Origin: Octopus sinensis
Taxonomy: Eukaryota
DNA: 64,000 bases
Assembly: GCF_006345805.1 (NCBI RefSeq)
Contig: NC_043005.1
Span: 52,576,001 to 52,640,000 of the forward strand
Direction: 5' to 3'
The position numbers and the translations under genes are program-made. The notes below the pieces were generated by a model. That model was not told the origin of the DNA, searched no databases, and saw only the letters and a list, made by a program, of their open reading frames with translations. Of this stretch, positions 11,493 through 25,668 are shown in pieces; position 1 is the stretch's first letter; the number at the start of each line of letters is the position of its first letter.

Positions 11493-11869
11493 TATAGGAA
11501 GAATTCACTTGTCACTAATAGTGACTGAGGGTGCTTTGATAGAAATAAGTGTAGCAGAAGTCTTGAATCGATGATGGTGTAGTACTATTGATGAACTTTA
11601 ATTTCAAGCGAAATTAGCTTGCCGTTTTCGCTCGCTATGAGACGGTTAACACTCTGCCAATATATAGACTTGTGCTATGTTTATGGCTCTCGGAGTTTTG
11701 ACTCTTGTTTCTAGCAACGTAGGTGCACCACTAGTTACTATTAGTGACAATTAAATTCTTCCTTTTTTGATTTTATATTGCCTTTGGCTCACTTGATTAT
11801 TTTACACACACTACACACACCCGCACACACACATGTAAAATATGGTATATATATATTGTGTGTGTGTGT

Positions 11870-11901
<32 letters not shown>

Positions 11902-12176
11902 TATATATATAATATATATATATATATACCACTAGAAAAAGAAACGAGGCAGTAGCTGGCTATTATGCCTAGCTTAGTTTCACAATAGTACACTTCCTAT
12001 TGACCTGCTGTAATATAGTGTAGTAGTGTCCACTGGTCTTTTACATTATTCTACAAAAATGTCCCCAGGTATTCTGCATATCTGCAGTCTTCCTCGTTTT
12101 AACAAATGGCATTCAGAGAAACATATCAAATCTGCTTCCGTTAATGATACCAATGATAATAATAATAATAATAATA

Positions 12177-12222
<46 letters not shown>

Positions 12223-13281
12223 CGTAATAATAATAATAAAAATACAAGCAACTTATGTCAAATATAGTTTAGAGTTGTGTAAGATGTATTCTCAGGTTGT
12301 TGGCAACGTTAGCGAGCTTCAATTATATTCATTGAAGTTGATAAAATATATTACGATTGCTCTCTCCCTCCCTCTCTCTCTATTTCCCTCTCACCTTTCT
12401 GTAAACGCCCACACACACACACACACATACATATCACGCATACATATCACGGGTGCATACACACTCACACCACAGTAGCCCGCTTGATCTTCTGTTCAGA
12501 TTACACTATTGCCTTAGGTGACTGATCTGACACGTGCAAGCCATTACCAAATGCCAAACATCGGAGCTAATGCACGCAATTCGGGAATCGACTCGCTGGC
12601 CACATTTCTCTCTTGAGAGTCGGTTTCTTTCCTCGTTTCAATTACCATTTTGTAACTTTTATGGCTTTCCTTGCAAGCAGGTCATCAGCTTGCCAACCTG
12701 AATAACCACCTAGTTTCCCCACTTGGTGCTCAATTTGAAGATTTATGTTAAATTACAGCCAAGATCTTTCATCCTGCATATCCCTTATCCCCGGAGGGGG
12801 AATCAAGAACTTTTTCGCAAGACGTTCCTATGCATCTGAAATGCTTCTTAATGTTGCATCAAGTTATTATCATTACCGTTGTTGTTGTAGTTGTTGCTGT
12901 TGGTGGTGGTGGTGGTGGTGGTGGTGGTGGTGGTGTTGTTGATGTTGTTATCTGTACATTTTCAACTTCTTCATCGTTCATCGTTCATCGTTCAAAACGA
13001 TATCACACGTTTAACTAAATGGTTGTTTGTGAATTGGAAATTTTCTATAGATATATTACATGCTTATTGAGGGAGAATTAATGAAGTTCTGCTTGTAATA
13101 AGCTAGTTTCCTACCATTAAATAGCAAAGCAATACAGTTGTTAGCTACCAAGAGAATGAACAGAATACTTAATAGCATAGATTGCATATGTTGAATGCTT
13201 CACAGATCTCATTCAGTTCGAATCCCGGCAGTTAAAGACGTTGCGCTCATTTTAACTTAAATTCTCTCCCAATGAGTTCGA

Positions 13282-14251
13282 GCAATATGTTCGCCCTTAA
13301 ACTAGCTTTAATATAATAGAATTTTTAAAAAGCTGACATGCTGTAACACTTTTAGTGTCTTATTTGGCATGATTTCAATCAGTAAAGTATGGCTTTTTGG
13401 CGGAAACTTCCGACATCAGCTTATAATTATTAAAAAAAAAAAAAATCTGGTGGCTTTCATGACAACAACAACTGTCATCAGAATTTATATATCAACTTAT
13501 CAATGGAAGTATTGATATAAAGTTGTGCATGGAAATTATAAATCGAAGAGAAATTCTTGAACTAATCAATTTTGCAAAGAAATCTTTTGAGATAAATAGT
13601 AACTCCTTCGAATTATTTAGAGAGAATATCTCACGCTAACCGCTTTTAATCGTTATCGTTCAACATGCCTTTTGTTTTCTCAAGGTGTGTTTTAAAAATA
13701 GAATTATGCTCAGCTCTCGACAGATATCTGTTTCTTGTAGTAAGTTTTTCTGTGTCCAAGTTGGTTGTATGAAGGAGAAAGTAAATTACTACAACGTATG
13801 TTAATATATGTGCGTATTTTTGTTTTCTTTTAATGGTAGTCACTCGGTCCGAGAAAGACGGTTGTGCAATTTCTTGCTCAATAACCTGTAGAGATGATTT
13901 GTTTAGAGTGGTCAAATATTTGTGCTGCATATAAGCTCAGTCTCTCTATCCAATCAACATTGCTGGTACAGGTGCTCGATGTGCTGCATGCCAGATGATG
14001 GACGTGGTGATGAATGTAATAAGATATGTAAATACGCACGCACACATACACGCGCGCGCGCACACACACACATACACACACACAAATGAACTTTCATTAG
14101 GATTGATCCTACAACGCAAAGAAACATCAATAGCACAAAAGATTAAGCAATATATTCATTTTTGTTAGATGGCTTTTGAAAATACTAGAATGAAAACCTT
14201 TTTTTCTGTATATGTATGTATGTATGTATATAAAAAAAAGGGTAAATTGGG

Positions 14252-14321
<70 letters not shown>

Positions 14322-14431
14322 TAGATTTACGCGCTGAATATTTAAGTGCATATTCTAATGTTGTAAATTTAATCAGATCTTCATGGATATCAAATTTCAA
14401 AAAATCGATGAAAATGCATTAAATAAGTAGG

Positions 14432-14466
<35 letters not shown>

Positions 14467-15554
14467 TATATAAAATAAATACATACAAACATACTAGAAT
14501 GAACACCTCTTTCATATATATCCTGTGTTGCTCAATTCTATTTTAATAATCATCATTATGGGCAAAAACATGCCCACGATGACTGATTGCTATAATTTTA
14601 GAGTAAAAAAAACGTCTGTTCTTTCCAAAGGAGAGTATTTCTCTCACACATCAGCTGTTCCCTCGAGGGAATTCGAAATCTCCGTCATTTTAGAGAGGCA
14701 GATATAAGCATGCATTCTGTTTCACTACTAGCTCCTGAATATAGTCAGAGAGAGAGAAAGTGAGAGACAGTATTTATTCATCATCACATGTCTTCTCTAC
14801 GTTGACAGTTCATAGTCTAGTAGTTCGTGTGCTTTCTTTTTTCTTTCTTTACTACGCAAACAAATATCTTATTGACATGCAAAATAGCGGAAATGTTTTC
14901 GCTTGGCAAAGCTTGTATGTATATGTCAGTGACATGGTTGTTGACAACTTTACAACTCGAGGCGTTTAGACTGGCATTTTTGGCTGTTAAAATATTTTAT
15001 CTTTGCTCCTATTTAACATTAATAACCAGCCACGCAATTAAATTACCATTCTGTTTGTCTTTTCTCTTCATTTTCGCTTATTTTCTGTTTATGAAAATTG
15101 TTCTTTTGTCGTTGTCTTTTTTTGTTTGGCAGTGCGTGCTCAAAGTTTTTGTAATCGTGTTCTATGTCTAGACATCGTAAAGAAATAATAAATTTTTTAA
15201 AATTCAGCTTTTTATTTATTTCATTTTAAATCTGTACTGTTGGACTTCAGATTTTGTAAAATTCTCTTGTATGAAAGCAAATTAAATAGAACATCATTCT
15301 TCCATGTAAAATTATTTTACATAGGAGAGCGAGTTTGAAATAAGTGCGAATCGGTCAGTATTGTCGATGCCTTATCAGAAAACACAAACTAGCAACCGGA
15401 TTTGTAACGATAAATCACAATTTACCAATTACGTATATGGCTTCCAAACTTTACTGATCAAAAGCATACCAAATAAGACACTAAAAGTGTTACATCATGC
15501 CAGCTTTTAAAAAATTTAATTATATTAAAGTTACTTTATGGGCGAACATATTGC
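13282..15554. repeat. Pair of ~110-bp diverged inverted repeats (13282-13392 and 15444-15554)
   Basis: GCAATATGTTCGCCC...TAACACTTTTAGTGTCTTATTTGG...ATCAGTAAAG and its reverse complement. Confidence 0.75.
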
Positions 15555-17174
15555 ACTTTATCGCATGCAACGATGGCTTTGGTACATTATATCTCTAAAG
15601 TTTCAGAATTATCTGGTATATTTCGAGTTCCTCCGAAAGTCTTGTTAAACATCGTAGATCAGTGGTTGCAAACAATTGTGTTTTCATATTCAAACAGTGG
15701 TTGAAATTATTTGCATTAAACTACTATATTTTTGCACACACACACACACACACATACACACACACACACACATACACACACACACATACACATGTTGTTG
15801 TCCCTTAGAAGAAAACAACATTACAGAAAATGCTTTGAAAATATTTTCAGATGCGTTATATGCGAAAGCTAGTCAACATCAATGGTTATATTTCTGAAAC
15901 TTTCATGTGACCTTTACTGATGTTGTGCTTCTTTTATTCCTTTTTTCTATTTAGTTCTAGATCAATCTTGAAATAGAGGACCTAATGATTATCGCTGTTT
16001 CAGTTTTACAAACGTGCTTTTTCCGTCTTTTCATTTTTTTTCGGGCATGCATTCCAACTCACCACCGTCAAAATTTTAAGGAAATTTCGTTTGGCCACAG
16101 AGTCTCTGATTGGTTTTGTTAACCACCGTTCAGCTCTAATCCAGGAGACCCATGTGCAAAAGCATTCAAACCGTGACCATCGCATCTATTAATTTTTCTC
16201 TTTTTCAGGCATCAAGTATTTAGAATCACATTATCCAATGTGATTCTTTTGTTTGTTTTCAAAGAGAGTAGACTGCAGCTTGAGGGAGAATTTGTAGCTG
16301 CTTCTATTGGATTGAACGACCTAGGAGACTGGGTCGTCGGCACCGTCTTTCGTCTTCGCCGTTGTCATCATCCTCGTTGTTGCTATACATAATATTATCC
16401 ATGCAGTGGCCGGTAATACTATGCACACCAAACACCAGCCAATATGCTGTGGTTTATCACATGAGATTTACTGTTGCAATTCTTGCATATTGATATTCAT
16501 TCAATCTTCTCCTGCATATTATTTTTGCATGTTTGTATGTTATTTTTTTGGTAAGCCATCATATATAAAACAAGAACAGAAGGAAAGAGACATTTATCAG
16601 ACGGTGGCGTTGTCAGTGGTGTCGGTACGTGTCTTTATTTTGTATGTATTTTGTAATATACATTTTTTTTTGTTTTTTTTTGTTTTCGAAGAAGAACAGA
16701 AGAACTTAGCCTAGAGGTAGTATCTTATTTCTCACACAGATCAGACGATATCAAACGAGATCACGCTGTCGCTTCTTTAGCAGTGAAAAAAAAAAGAGAA
16801 AAGAAAGCAATAGTTTGCCGCGGTGAATACAAACTAAAAACCTCGTATTAAATTCGAATTAGTTGTTTACGTACAGAGTTTGTGTTTCTTCATTCCTAAA
16901 TATATTCGAGTTTATTTCATTACAATATTTCCTCACAAATAGTGGCGTTCTGCTTCAGAAAGAGAAAGAGCAAACAAACATAAATGAAAGAACAGATAAA
17001 TAAAATATACAAACATAATAAATAAATGCATCGATAAATAAATAAATAAATAAACAAATAACTGTGAATGATCGAGAGGGGGGAAACCTGAAAAAGAAAC
17101 AGAGAAAACATCTTAGATATAACACGAAAATAAAATAAGTGTTGGGGTAAATAATAGTAAAAATACCTAGACAA

Positions 17175-17179
17175 CTTAT

Positions 17180-17231
<52 letters not shown>

Positions 17232-17272
17232 TATACACACATATATATATACATATATATACATATATATAC

Positions 17273-17352
<80 letters not shown>

Positions 17353-17368
17353 ATATATATATATATAT

Positions 17369-17417
<49 letters not shown>

Positions 17418-17430
17418 GTATATGTATATA
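17175..17430. repeat. (TA)n/(TACA) microsatellite
   Basis: Direct reading. Confidence 0.95.
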
Positions 17431-17959
17431 TGAGAGAGGGTGGGAGAAAACCTAGGAAAAGAACATGTGTTAAGTCATTTTGAAGAATTGATTATCAAAG
17501 CACGAATGAACTTTCCAAAGCGTCATTTGCTTTGTCTGAGGTTTAGTCTGCGAGAAGTAAGAGTCAATGTAAGTCCTATTGGGCCAAATATTTCTCTTTC
17601 GCGTACAAATACCTACAAGCATATTGATATTTTAAATATGTAAATAACCCAAATAAGCAAACACATACATAGATACATATACGTGTACGTTCATATACAA
17701 ACAGTGACACGCACACAACCATATTTGTACGTATGTAAGTATCTATGTATGCATGTATGTATGTATGTATGTATGCATGCATGTATGTATGTATATACAT
17801 ACACACACACAAATAGAGAGACAAAAATGTATGTGGATACGAGTGACTATATAAGCTTTCTACTTATTTTGTTTATTTTTGAACATATTTAAATAAATAT
17901 TCTTACATATTCATAAATATTTCAAATATGTCTTATATATAAATCTTTGTCTACCTGTC

Positions 17960-18005
<46 letters not shown>

Positions 18006-18066
18006 TTAGAGACAAAACCACTATTATGTAGGTCCCGGGTTGAGTCGGGGTTAACCACAGTAAATA

Positions 18067-18097
<31 letters not shown>

Positions 18098-18861
18098 AAT
18101 TAAATCACACACATATATATTTATGTATGTATGTGTGTATGTATGTGTTAGTATGCGTGTGCGAGCCTCTGTAAATAATATATGAAAAGACGCATAAACA
18201 TATGAACTTGTAAGTATTTAATCAATGCAAAATTTTTTGTGCTCTGTCAATCATTTTCAAGTCTCAACGCCATAAAACATATACAGGCTCACACGATTTC
18301 TCTCCCTCTCTTTCTTTCTCTCTCTCTCCTCATCTCTCCCTCATTCCCTCCCTCCCTTCCTCCCTCGCACTATCCCTCTCTCCTCTCTCTTTCCTTCTAA
18401 CACACATATATATGCATGCATATACACATACATAAATATGCATGTGTATGTATGCTTGTATGTATGTGTGTGTGTATGTATGTATGTATGCATGTATGTA
18501 TGTGTGTGGGTATGTATTTATGTATGTATGCATGCATGCATGTATTTATGAGTACATATGTGTTCATACGCGGTTAAATATTGAAACGTAAATGATGAAC
18601 CACATTTCAAAATAATAGTTTACGACAAAACTGAAATTTTAATTTCAGACACCACCTTCCTAAGTTGAAAATCAGACAGTGGTTATTAAAATATAACCAA
18701 AAATTAATATTTCTCAATGATAGCGAGAATATTTTCGTTTATTTAAAATGGCCAAAAGAATTGAAAATATTCTAAAATTATGTCACATTTTGAGATGAAA
18801 ATGTAATATAAGAGTAAAGCGTAACAAATAATAAACGAATGTAATAGTATGAATATTCATA

Positions 18862-19215
18862 AAGGCGCTGAGCTGTCATGAGCGTTAGCACGCCGGGCGA
18901 AATGCTTAGCAGTATTTCGTCTGCCGTTACGTTCTGAGTTCTAATTCCGCCGAGGTCGACTTTACCTTTCATCCTTTCGGGCTCGATTAAATAAGTACTA
19001 GTTACGCACTGGGGTCGATATAAACGACTTAATCTGTTTGTCTGTCCTTGTTTGTCCCCTCTGTGTGAAGCCCCTTGTGGACAGTAAAGAAATAGGTATT
19101 TAATTCGTCCTTATGTGCAGAGTTCAGAATTCCACCTTGGGCCGACTGTGCCTTTCATCCATTGGCAATAGACAAAAATAAGTACCAATTGAACACTGGG
19201 GTCGATATAAAAGAC
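18862..19215 (+). mobile_element. SINE family A (monomer with X tail plus degraded second core)
   Basis: Head, core and X tail ending AAAGAAATAGGTATT. Confidence 0.85.
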
Positions 19216-19450
19216 TTTAGGTACTCCTAGATAACAGTATTAAAAAAACCCTCAATCCTACGTATTTTATTCGCATACCTGGCAACCCTAACTGGCTACC
19301 GTAAAATATAAAACAATTTTTCCTGGTTACCCATAATTCAATACAGAAAAAAATCCACAACCTTCCATCTATTGTTCCTGAAAGTTGATTTTTATATTTT
19401 CTACGGTTTGCCTGAAACTAACCTTCTTTCTACACCTGGATCCTTGGATC

Positions 19451-19481
<31 letters not shown>

Positions 19482-19628
19482 CATACATACATACATACAT
19501 ACATACATGCATGCATACATACATACATACATACATACATACATACATACATACATTCATACATACATACATACATTCATACATACATACATACACACAT
19601 ACATACATACATACATTTATATATAAAA

Positions 19629-19875
19629 TTATAATTTAGGGTATCTAAGAGATACCACCACGATGGAAATAGCAGCCAAAACCTGACTCTAAAACCACAT
19701 TAAGTGTCCATACAGCACCAGGAGAGAAGACAAAAAGAAAAAATAAACTAGCAAAAAATTACTTTGTCTTTTTGTTTTCTCTCCTGGTGCTGTATGGACA
19801 CTTAATGTGGTTTATAGTCAAGTTTTGGCTGCTATTTCCAGCGTTGCGGTATCTCTTAGATACCCTAAATTATAA
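19629..19875. repeat. ~247-bp fold-back (MITE-like) with ~110-bp arms
   Basis: TTATAATTTAGGGTATCTAAGAGATACC...GGTATCTCTTAGATACCCTAAATTATAA; arms carry a few substitutions. Confidence 0.85.
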
Positions 19876-20269
19876 CTTTAATAATAATTATTACCTTTGG
19901 AGGTTTTTATTCCCATGCTGACCACTTGATAAGATCAATATTTAAATTAACGATCTTATTCTTACGAATGCCATCGATGATATACAAGCTGTGAGCCCAT
20001 AAAGATGGGAGGTATATCGTTTGCATGCCAGTCCCTCTGCAGTACAGGTAACTAGGTATTAGCTGGGTCTTACTTAACCTTGGGTGGGTCATCTGAGCGA
20101 GGTGTTGTCTGGTGTTGAAAGACCCGAAAAACTTAATGACCCCAGGAAGCATCACTTATTATGTGTCCAGTTGCATTAAAGGGTGATATATAGAAAAAAT
20201 ATATACTGCAGGTACATATGTACATATATATACCAGTCGCGTTTTTTTTCCCTCTGTTCGCCCACATCG

Positions 20270-20428
20270 GGATCTTTCTTTCTTCTTTCTTCCTTCTCTT
20301 ATGTTTCCGACGAAGAGCTCCGCTCGAAACGTCATACCCTCCTTCTTCCATTTTCCTGAGCGCCTAATAATAATAATACTGTAATTGTTCCACGTGTTGT
20401 TGTTTTTTCTGTTTTCCCGTTTGGATTA

Positions 20429-20440
<12 letters not shown>
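20270..20440 (+). ncRNA. Short element with a degenerate minimal type I hammerhead ribozyme motif
   Basis: CCGACGA-A-GAGC-TCC-GCTC-GAAA-CG-TC at 20307-20333; U4 replaced by C; stem I decayed; abuts (TA)n. Confidence 0.55.
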
Positions 20441-20476
<36 letters not shown>

Positions 20477-20914
20477 TACAAGTAATGAGAGAGAGTCCAT
20501 ATGTGGTCACTCTAACGCTAGATATAGATCCACGAAGGGAATCCACCACTAAAGAATTGTTCTCAAGAATTAGTTTAACGCGCCAAGAATGTAAGCGAGC
20601 AGGACAAATGAAAAATAACGAAAAAATAGATTAACTCTATACAATTGTTTCACCGTTAATAGATTGTGTAATTTTACTTACATAATCATTTTCAGATCTT
20701 CAGTAGAGTATATAAAAAAAATATAATTTGCTGAGTCAAACACCAGTATTCACAGGAAACCGAACAAAGGCGAATGGCACAGCCGATTATATCTGCAGTT
20801 ACGTTCAAATATCCTCATTCTCGCGCGCTAAACCCGGATGTAAATACTACCCCAGTAATTTACTGCCGGTTTGAGAACATATTAATTTGTAATTAAAATC
20901 ACTTGGAGAACGTA

Positions 20915-21199
20915 ACTCCGGTAATTTGGTACAATTGTTTCGCACTACAACATTTTATTAAAAGTTGTAAGTATTACAGCAGATTTAAAATGCCGAGTGC
21001 TCTTCAGCCAATTATATAGGTTTTCCAATAATACAGAAGCTTTCAAATCACGTAGTTGCTACTTGATTTGAAAGCTTCTGTATAATTGGAAAACCTATAT
21101 AATTGGCTGAAGAGCACTCGGCATTTTAAATCTGCTGTAATACTTACAACTTTTAATAAAATGTTGTAGTGCGAAACAATTGTACCAAATTACCGGAGT
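20915..21199. repeat. 285-bp near-perfect palindrome (141-bp arms, 3-nt loop)
   Basis: Arms 20915-21055 and 21059-21199; two mismatches seen by eye; loop TTG. Confidence 0.95.
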
Positions 21200-21822
21200 C
21201 ATGAGTCATTCTTGTTGCTTATTTTTGATTATAATCACCCTGCAAATTTTTATGGATAACACCATACAAAATTCTGGTGCATATAAATTAAGTACCATAT
21301 TCATTTGAATCTAAATTGTTGCTGAACTCATGTCTTTTCTTTAACCCAAAGCGATTTGGTACTTTTCAGCACCACATCGTATATATACTTGTAAAATTTA
21401 AACAAAAACGAAATAAACTAAAAATTCACAGACGAGACGGTACGTTGCTAAGTCTTCTTCAGTTATCGTCCAAACCATCCTTACAATTTCACGCCTTAGT
21501 GGATAGGGCCTCGCTTTAATATAATTAAACATTTTAGGATATGGTTGTTCTCCAGTTTACAGAAACTATCAATGCAAGAGATTATTTTATGATAGGAGTT
21601 TTGAATATTCTGCGTGTCGGTGAGAACACCAAAAGCGGGAATAGAATTATATGCATGCTTGTTTCTTCTATATAGTAAAAATGTCCATAACGTGCATTGG
21701 TACACACATATTCTGACGAAAGCAGCAGATGCATGTATAATTTTATACGAATAATACTCTTTCTAGGGTTATTTATTTGTGTGTGTATGTATTTATGTAT
21801 GTATATATGTTATTTTTCAGTT

Positions 21823-22270
21823 TTATTTCAAGATTTCTTGCCAATAGGGATAGAGTCGGTTTCTAACCTAGATCCAAGGCTCCTTCATTGGAATTTCAGC
21901 AACATAAACAGGGTATTTTTGTGTGTATGTATGCATGCATGTATGTATGTATGTATGTATGTATGTATGTATGTATGTATGTATGTATGTATGTATGTAT
22001 GTATGTATGTATGTATGTATGTATGTATGTATGTATGTATGTATATATGTATGTACGTACGTATGTGTGTACGTATGTATGTGTGTATGTATGTATACGT
22101 GCGGGTTTGTATATTTTGTTTTAGGTATGTCTCTATATATGTATGTATATATGTATGTATGTGTGCGATTGTTCAATTTTATTTCAAAATTTATTGCCAA
22201 TACAGAAAGAGCCGGTTTCTAACCTAGATCCAAGGCTCCTTCATTGGGGTTTCATTATCAAAAACAAAGT
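21823..22270 (+). repeat. Two direct ~90-bp repeats, each followed by (TATG)n
   Basis: Shared CGGTTTCTAACCTAGATCCAAGGCTCCTTCATTGG at about 21853 and 22213. Confidence 0.85.
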
Positions 22271-22486
22271 ATGTATGTATGTATGTATTTATCAATGCAT
22301 CTATATACATAAACATATAACAATAAATACGTATGTATTAATAATTGTCTCTTTACCCATATAAGTATTTTTCTTTTTATAACTGCCTGTTGATTCGCTG
22401 TTTGTAAATTAATCTCTCTATTCATCGATCCATCGATCCATCAATCCATACATCCATCCCTTTATCTGTCGATATATCATATCACT

Positions 22487-22880
22487 AAGGCGGCGAGCTG
22501 GCAGAAACGTTAGCACGCCGGGCGAAATGCTTCGCATTATTTCGTCTGCCGCTACGTTCTGAGTTCAAATTCCGCCAAGGTCGACTTTGCCTTTCATCCT
22601 TTCGGGGTCGATTAAATAAGTTACACACTGGGTTCGATATAATCGACTTAATCCGTTTGTCTGTCCTTGTTTGTTCTCTCTGTGTTTAGCCTCTTGTGGG
22701 TAGTAAAGAAATAGGTATTTCGTCTGTTATTACGTTCAAAGTTCAAATTCCGCCGAGGTCGACTTTGCCTTTCATCTTTTCGGGGTCGATAAATTAAGTA
22801 CAGTTGCGTATTGGGGTCGATCTAATCGACTGGCCCACTCCCCCAAAATTTCGGGTCTTGTACCAAGAGTAGAAAAGAAT
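22487..22880 (+). mobile_element. SINE family A dimer (X tail, then T tail)
   Basis: Head, core, X tail, GGTATTTCGTCTG junction, core, T tail ending GTAGAAAAGAAT. Confidence 0.9.
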
Positions 22881-23149
22881 ATATCATCTCACTACTTGTC
22901 GATGTACAAATGGCATTGATGTTACCTATTACTATATTTTACGAGTCATTCAACATGCACGCGTGTAGGTATACTATTATGTGCACACACTGACACATAT
23001 ACAGTCATGTTTTTTGTGTGCGTGTGTGCATGTGTGTGTGCGCGCGCACGCACTTCTGTATGTATGTTTGTTTCCCGTGCTAGTTAATTTGTATTGTATG
23101 GTAGTAGATAAACAAAAATCTGTTTTGTGTGAATGTCTGTATTTATGTG

Positions 23150-23740
<591 letters not shown>

Positions 23741-23989
23741 AATAGAATACCTCACATATATTTATCAACCTGTCCATCCATCGAGAGTTATTCTATCAAT
23801 ACTTTCCTCTGTTACTTTATAAATATATATATATATATATATCACTACCATTTCTAAATAGACCCATATATATTTTCCTCCCTCCTTCAGAGATACTTCT
23901 CAAAAATATCTCAGGTTTATTTTGGTCCAGGAGTATGATATTTTTTTCTTCAGACTAGTCTTGTTTTTTTTTTTAGTCTGGTTCTTCAT

Positions 23990-24000
23990 TATTAGTATTA

Positions 24001-24036
<36 letters not shown>

Positions 24037-24039
24037 GTA

Positions 24040-24072
<33 letters not shown>

Positions 24073-24083
24073 TATTATTATTA

Positions 24084-24158
<75 letters not shown>

Positions 24159-24160
24159 GT
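23990..24160. repeat. (ATT)n microsatellite
   Basis: Direct reading. Confidence 0.95.
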
Positions 24161-24597
24161 AGTGTTGTTGTTTATCGGCAAAGCCAGCTTCTGTTCCTTG
24201 GGAAAAAAAAAATCTATATAACTACCTCGTCTTGCTTCTCCATCTTAACAACTTTTATACAAGATTATTATTGTTGTTGACTGCAATGTTTTCAAGTGAC
24301 TGAATGACCACTTATATCGATGCATTTAGCTTTAACTCTTTCTTAACTATTCAAAATGAGCCAATTTAATTTATCACGCTAAATTTCACAGCAGGGATGT
24401 TGGTAAATTGTAGATTATCTTCGCTTATTTTCGAGACTAGCTACCACTAGTAGTAGTGATGGCGGTCGTTGTAGCAGTAGTAGTAGTAGTAGTAGTAGTA
24501 AATATAGGAGTGTACAGATTTTGACCCGAAGTCACGTATTCTCTTATATTCTTCACATCATTTATAATCATCTTTATCATTGTCGTCGTCGTCGTTG

Positions 24598-24637
<40 letters not shown>

Positions 24638-25339
24638 TACCATGGTTACCATCATCTTTATTATAATCTCATGATCATTGGCGGTGGCTTTTACGAATCC
24701 TTTGAAGTCTTGCTCTCACCTGTTGCTTTTCGTTTTCATTTCGTTACGTTTGCTTTTCTCCTGTCTTTACAAACGCTCACCACCATCTTTTCTCCATGAC
24801 CATCACCACCACCATCAGCGACAACAACAACTCCACAACTTCACAACTCCACTATTATCATCACCAACATCAACACCAACACCATCACTCCTCATAATAG
24901 TTACAATTTAAAATCAGTTTATTTACCGTTCTATTTCCGGTCAGAGAACAAAGCTGGGAGTATACAGATTGCAGGAGCTTTTGTAAAGAGAAGGAACGAC
25001 ATTTAGAAAAGTAAAATACCCTTCGGGCTTAGTAAAAGTTGTATTAAGAATTCTTAAACTACGACTGAAGATTAATACAATGTTTATAAACATATAGATA
25101 GTTATAAATTATAAAAGCATACATCGGTAAGTGCAACCAACAAAATTACACATTAATCGTTCAATATCAAATCGAATTGGTATAACCTTGTTGGTATAGC
25201 GTGTATATGTTTTAATGTTTAGAGGAATAGTGCATAAGTATGTATCTATGTGTTTAGTGGGTTTGTAATTAATTAATATTCTTTATTTTTATGAAGAAAA
25301 ATTGAGAAAGATCATCTATATTAATTCTGGTTTCGAATT

Positions 25340-25553
25340 TTGTCGTAAAACCAGCTATTTCATGAGAGTGGGTCAGTCAATTACATCAAACTCTCTGTTC
25401 AATTGGTGTTTCTGTTATCGACCGCGGAAGGATCAAAGATAAAATCGACCTCAGCGGAATTTTAGTTCAGAATGGACGACAAACCGCTTAGACAGACGAA
25501 AAGCCGCTAAGCATTTTGTCCGGCGTGCTAACAATTCTACCAGCTCACCACCT
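25340..25553 (-). mobile_element. Diverged SINE family A copy
   Basis: CCGCTAAGCATTTTGTCCGGCGTGCTAACAATTCTACCAGCTCACCACCTT is the reverse-complement head. Confidence 0.75.
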
Positions 25554-25668
25554 TATCGTCTATATTAATATTAATATTATTAATATTTGTAAAGGCACCG
25601 AATTTCGCCGCAGTTAACTTTTGTCTTTCATTCCATTCACCCCAGTCATACATACATACATATATGTA

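Noticed and set aside
13646-14081. 94-aa and 67-aa minus ORFs as host exons
   Set aside because: No recognisable domain and no consistent splice signals; left unassigned.
16735-16770. 5S rRNA-like AGATCAGACGATATC
   Set aside because: The match is only about 15 nt, with no flanking 5S similarity.
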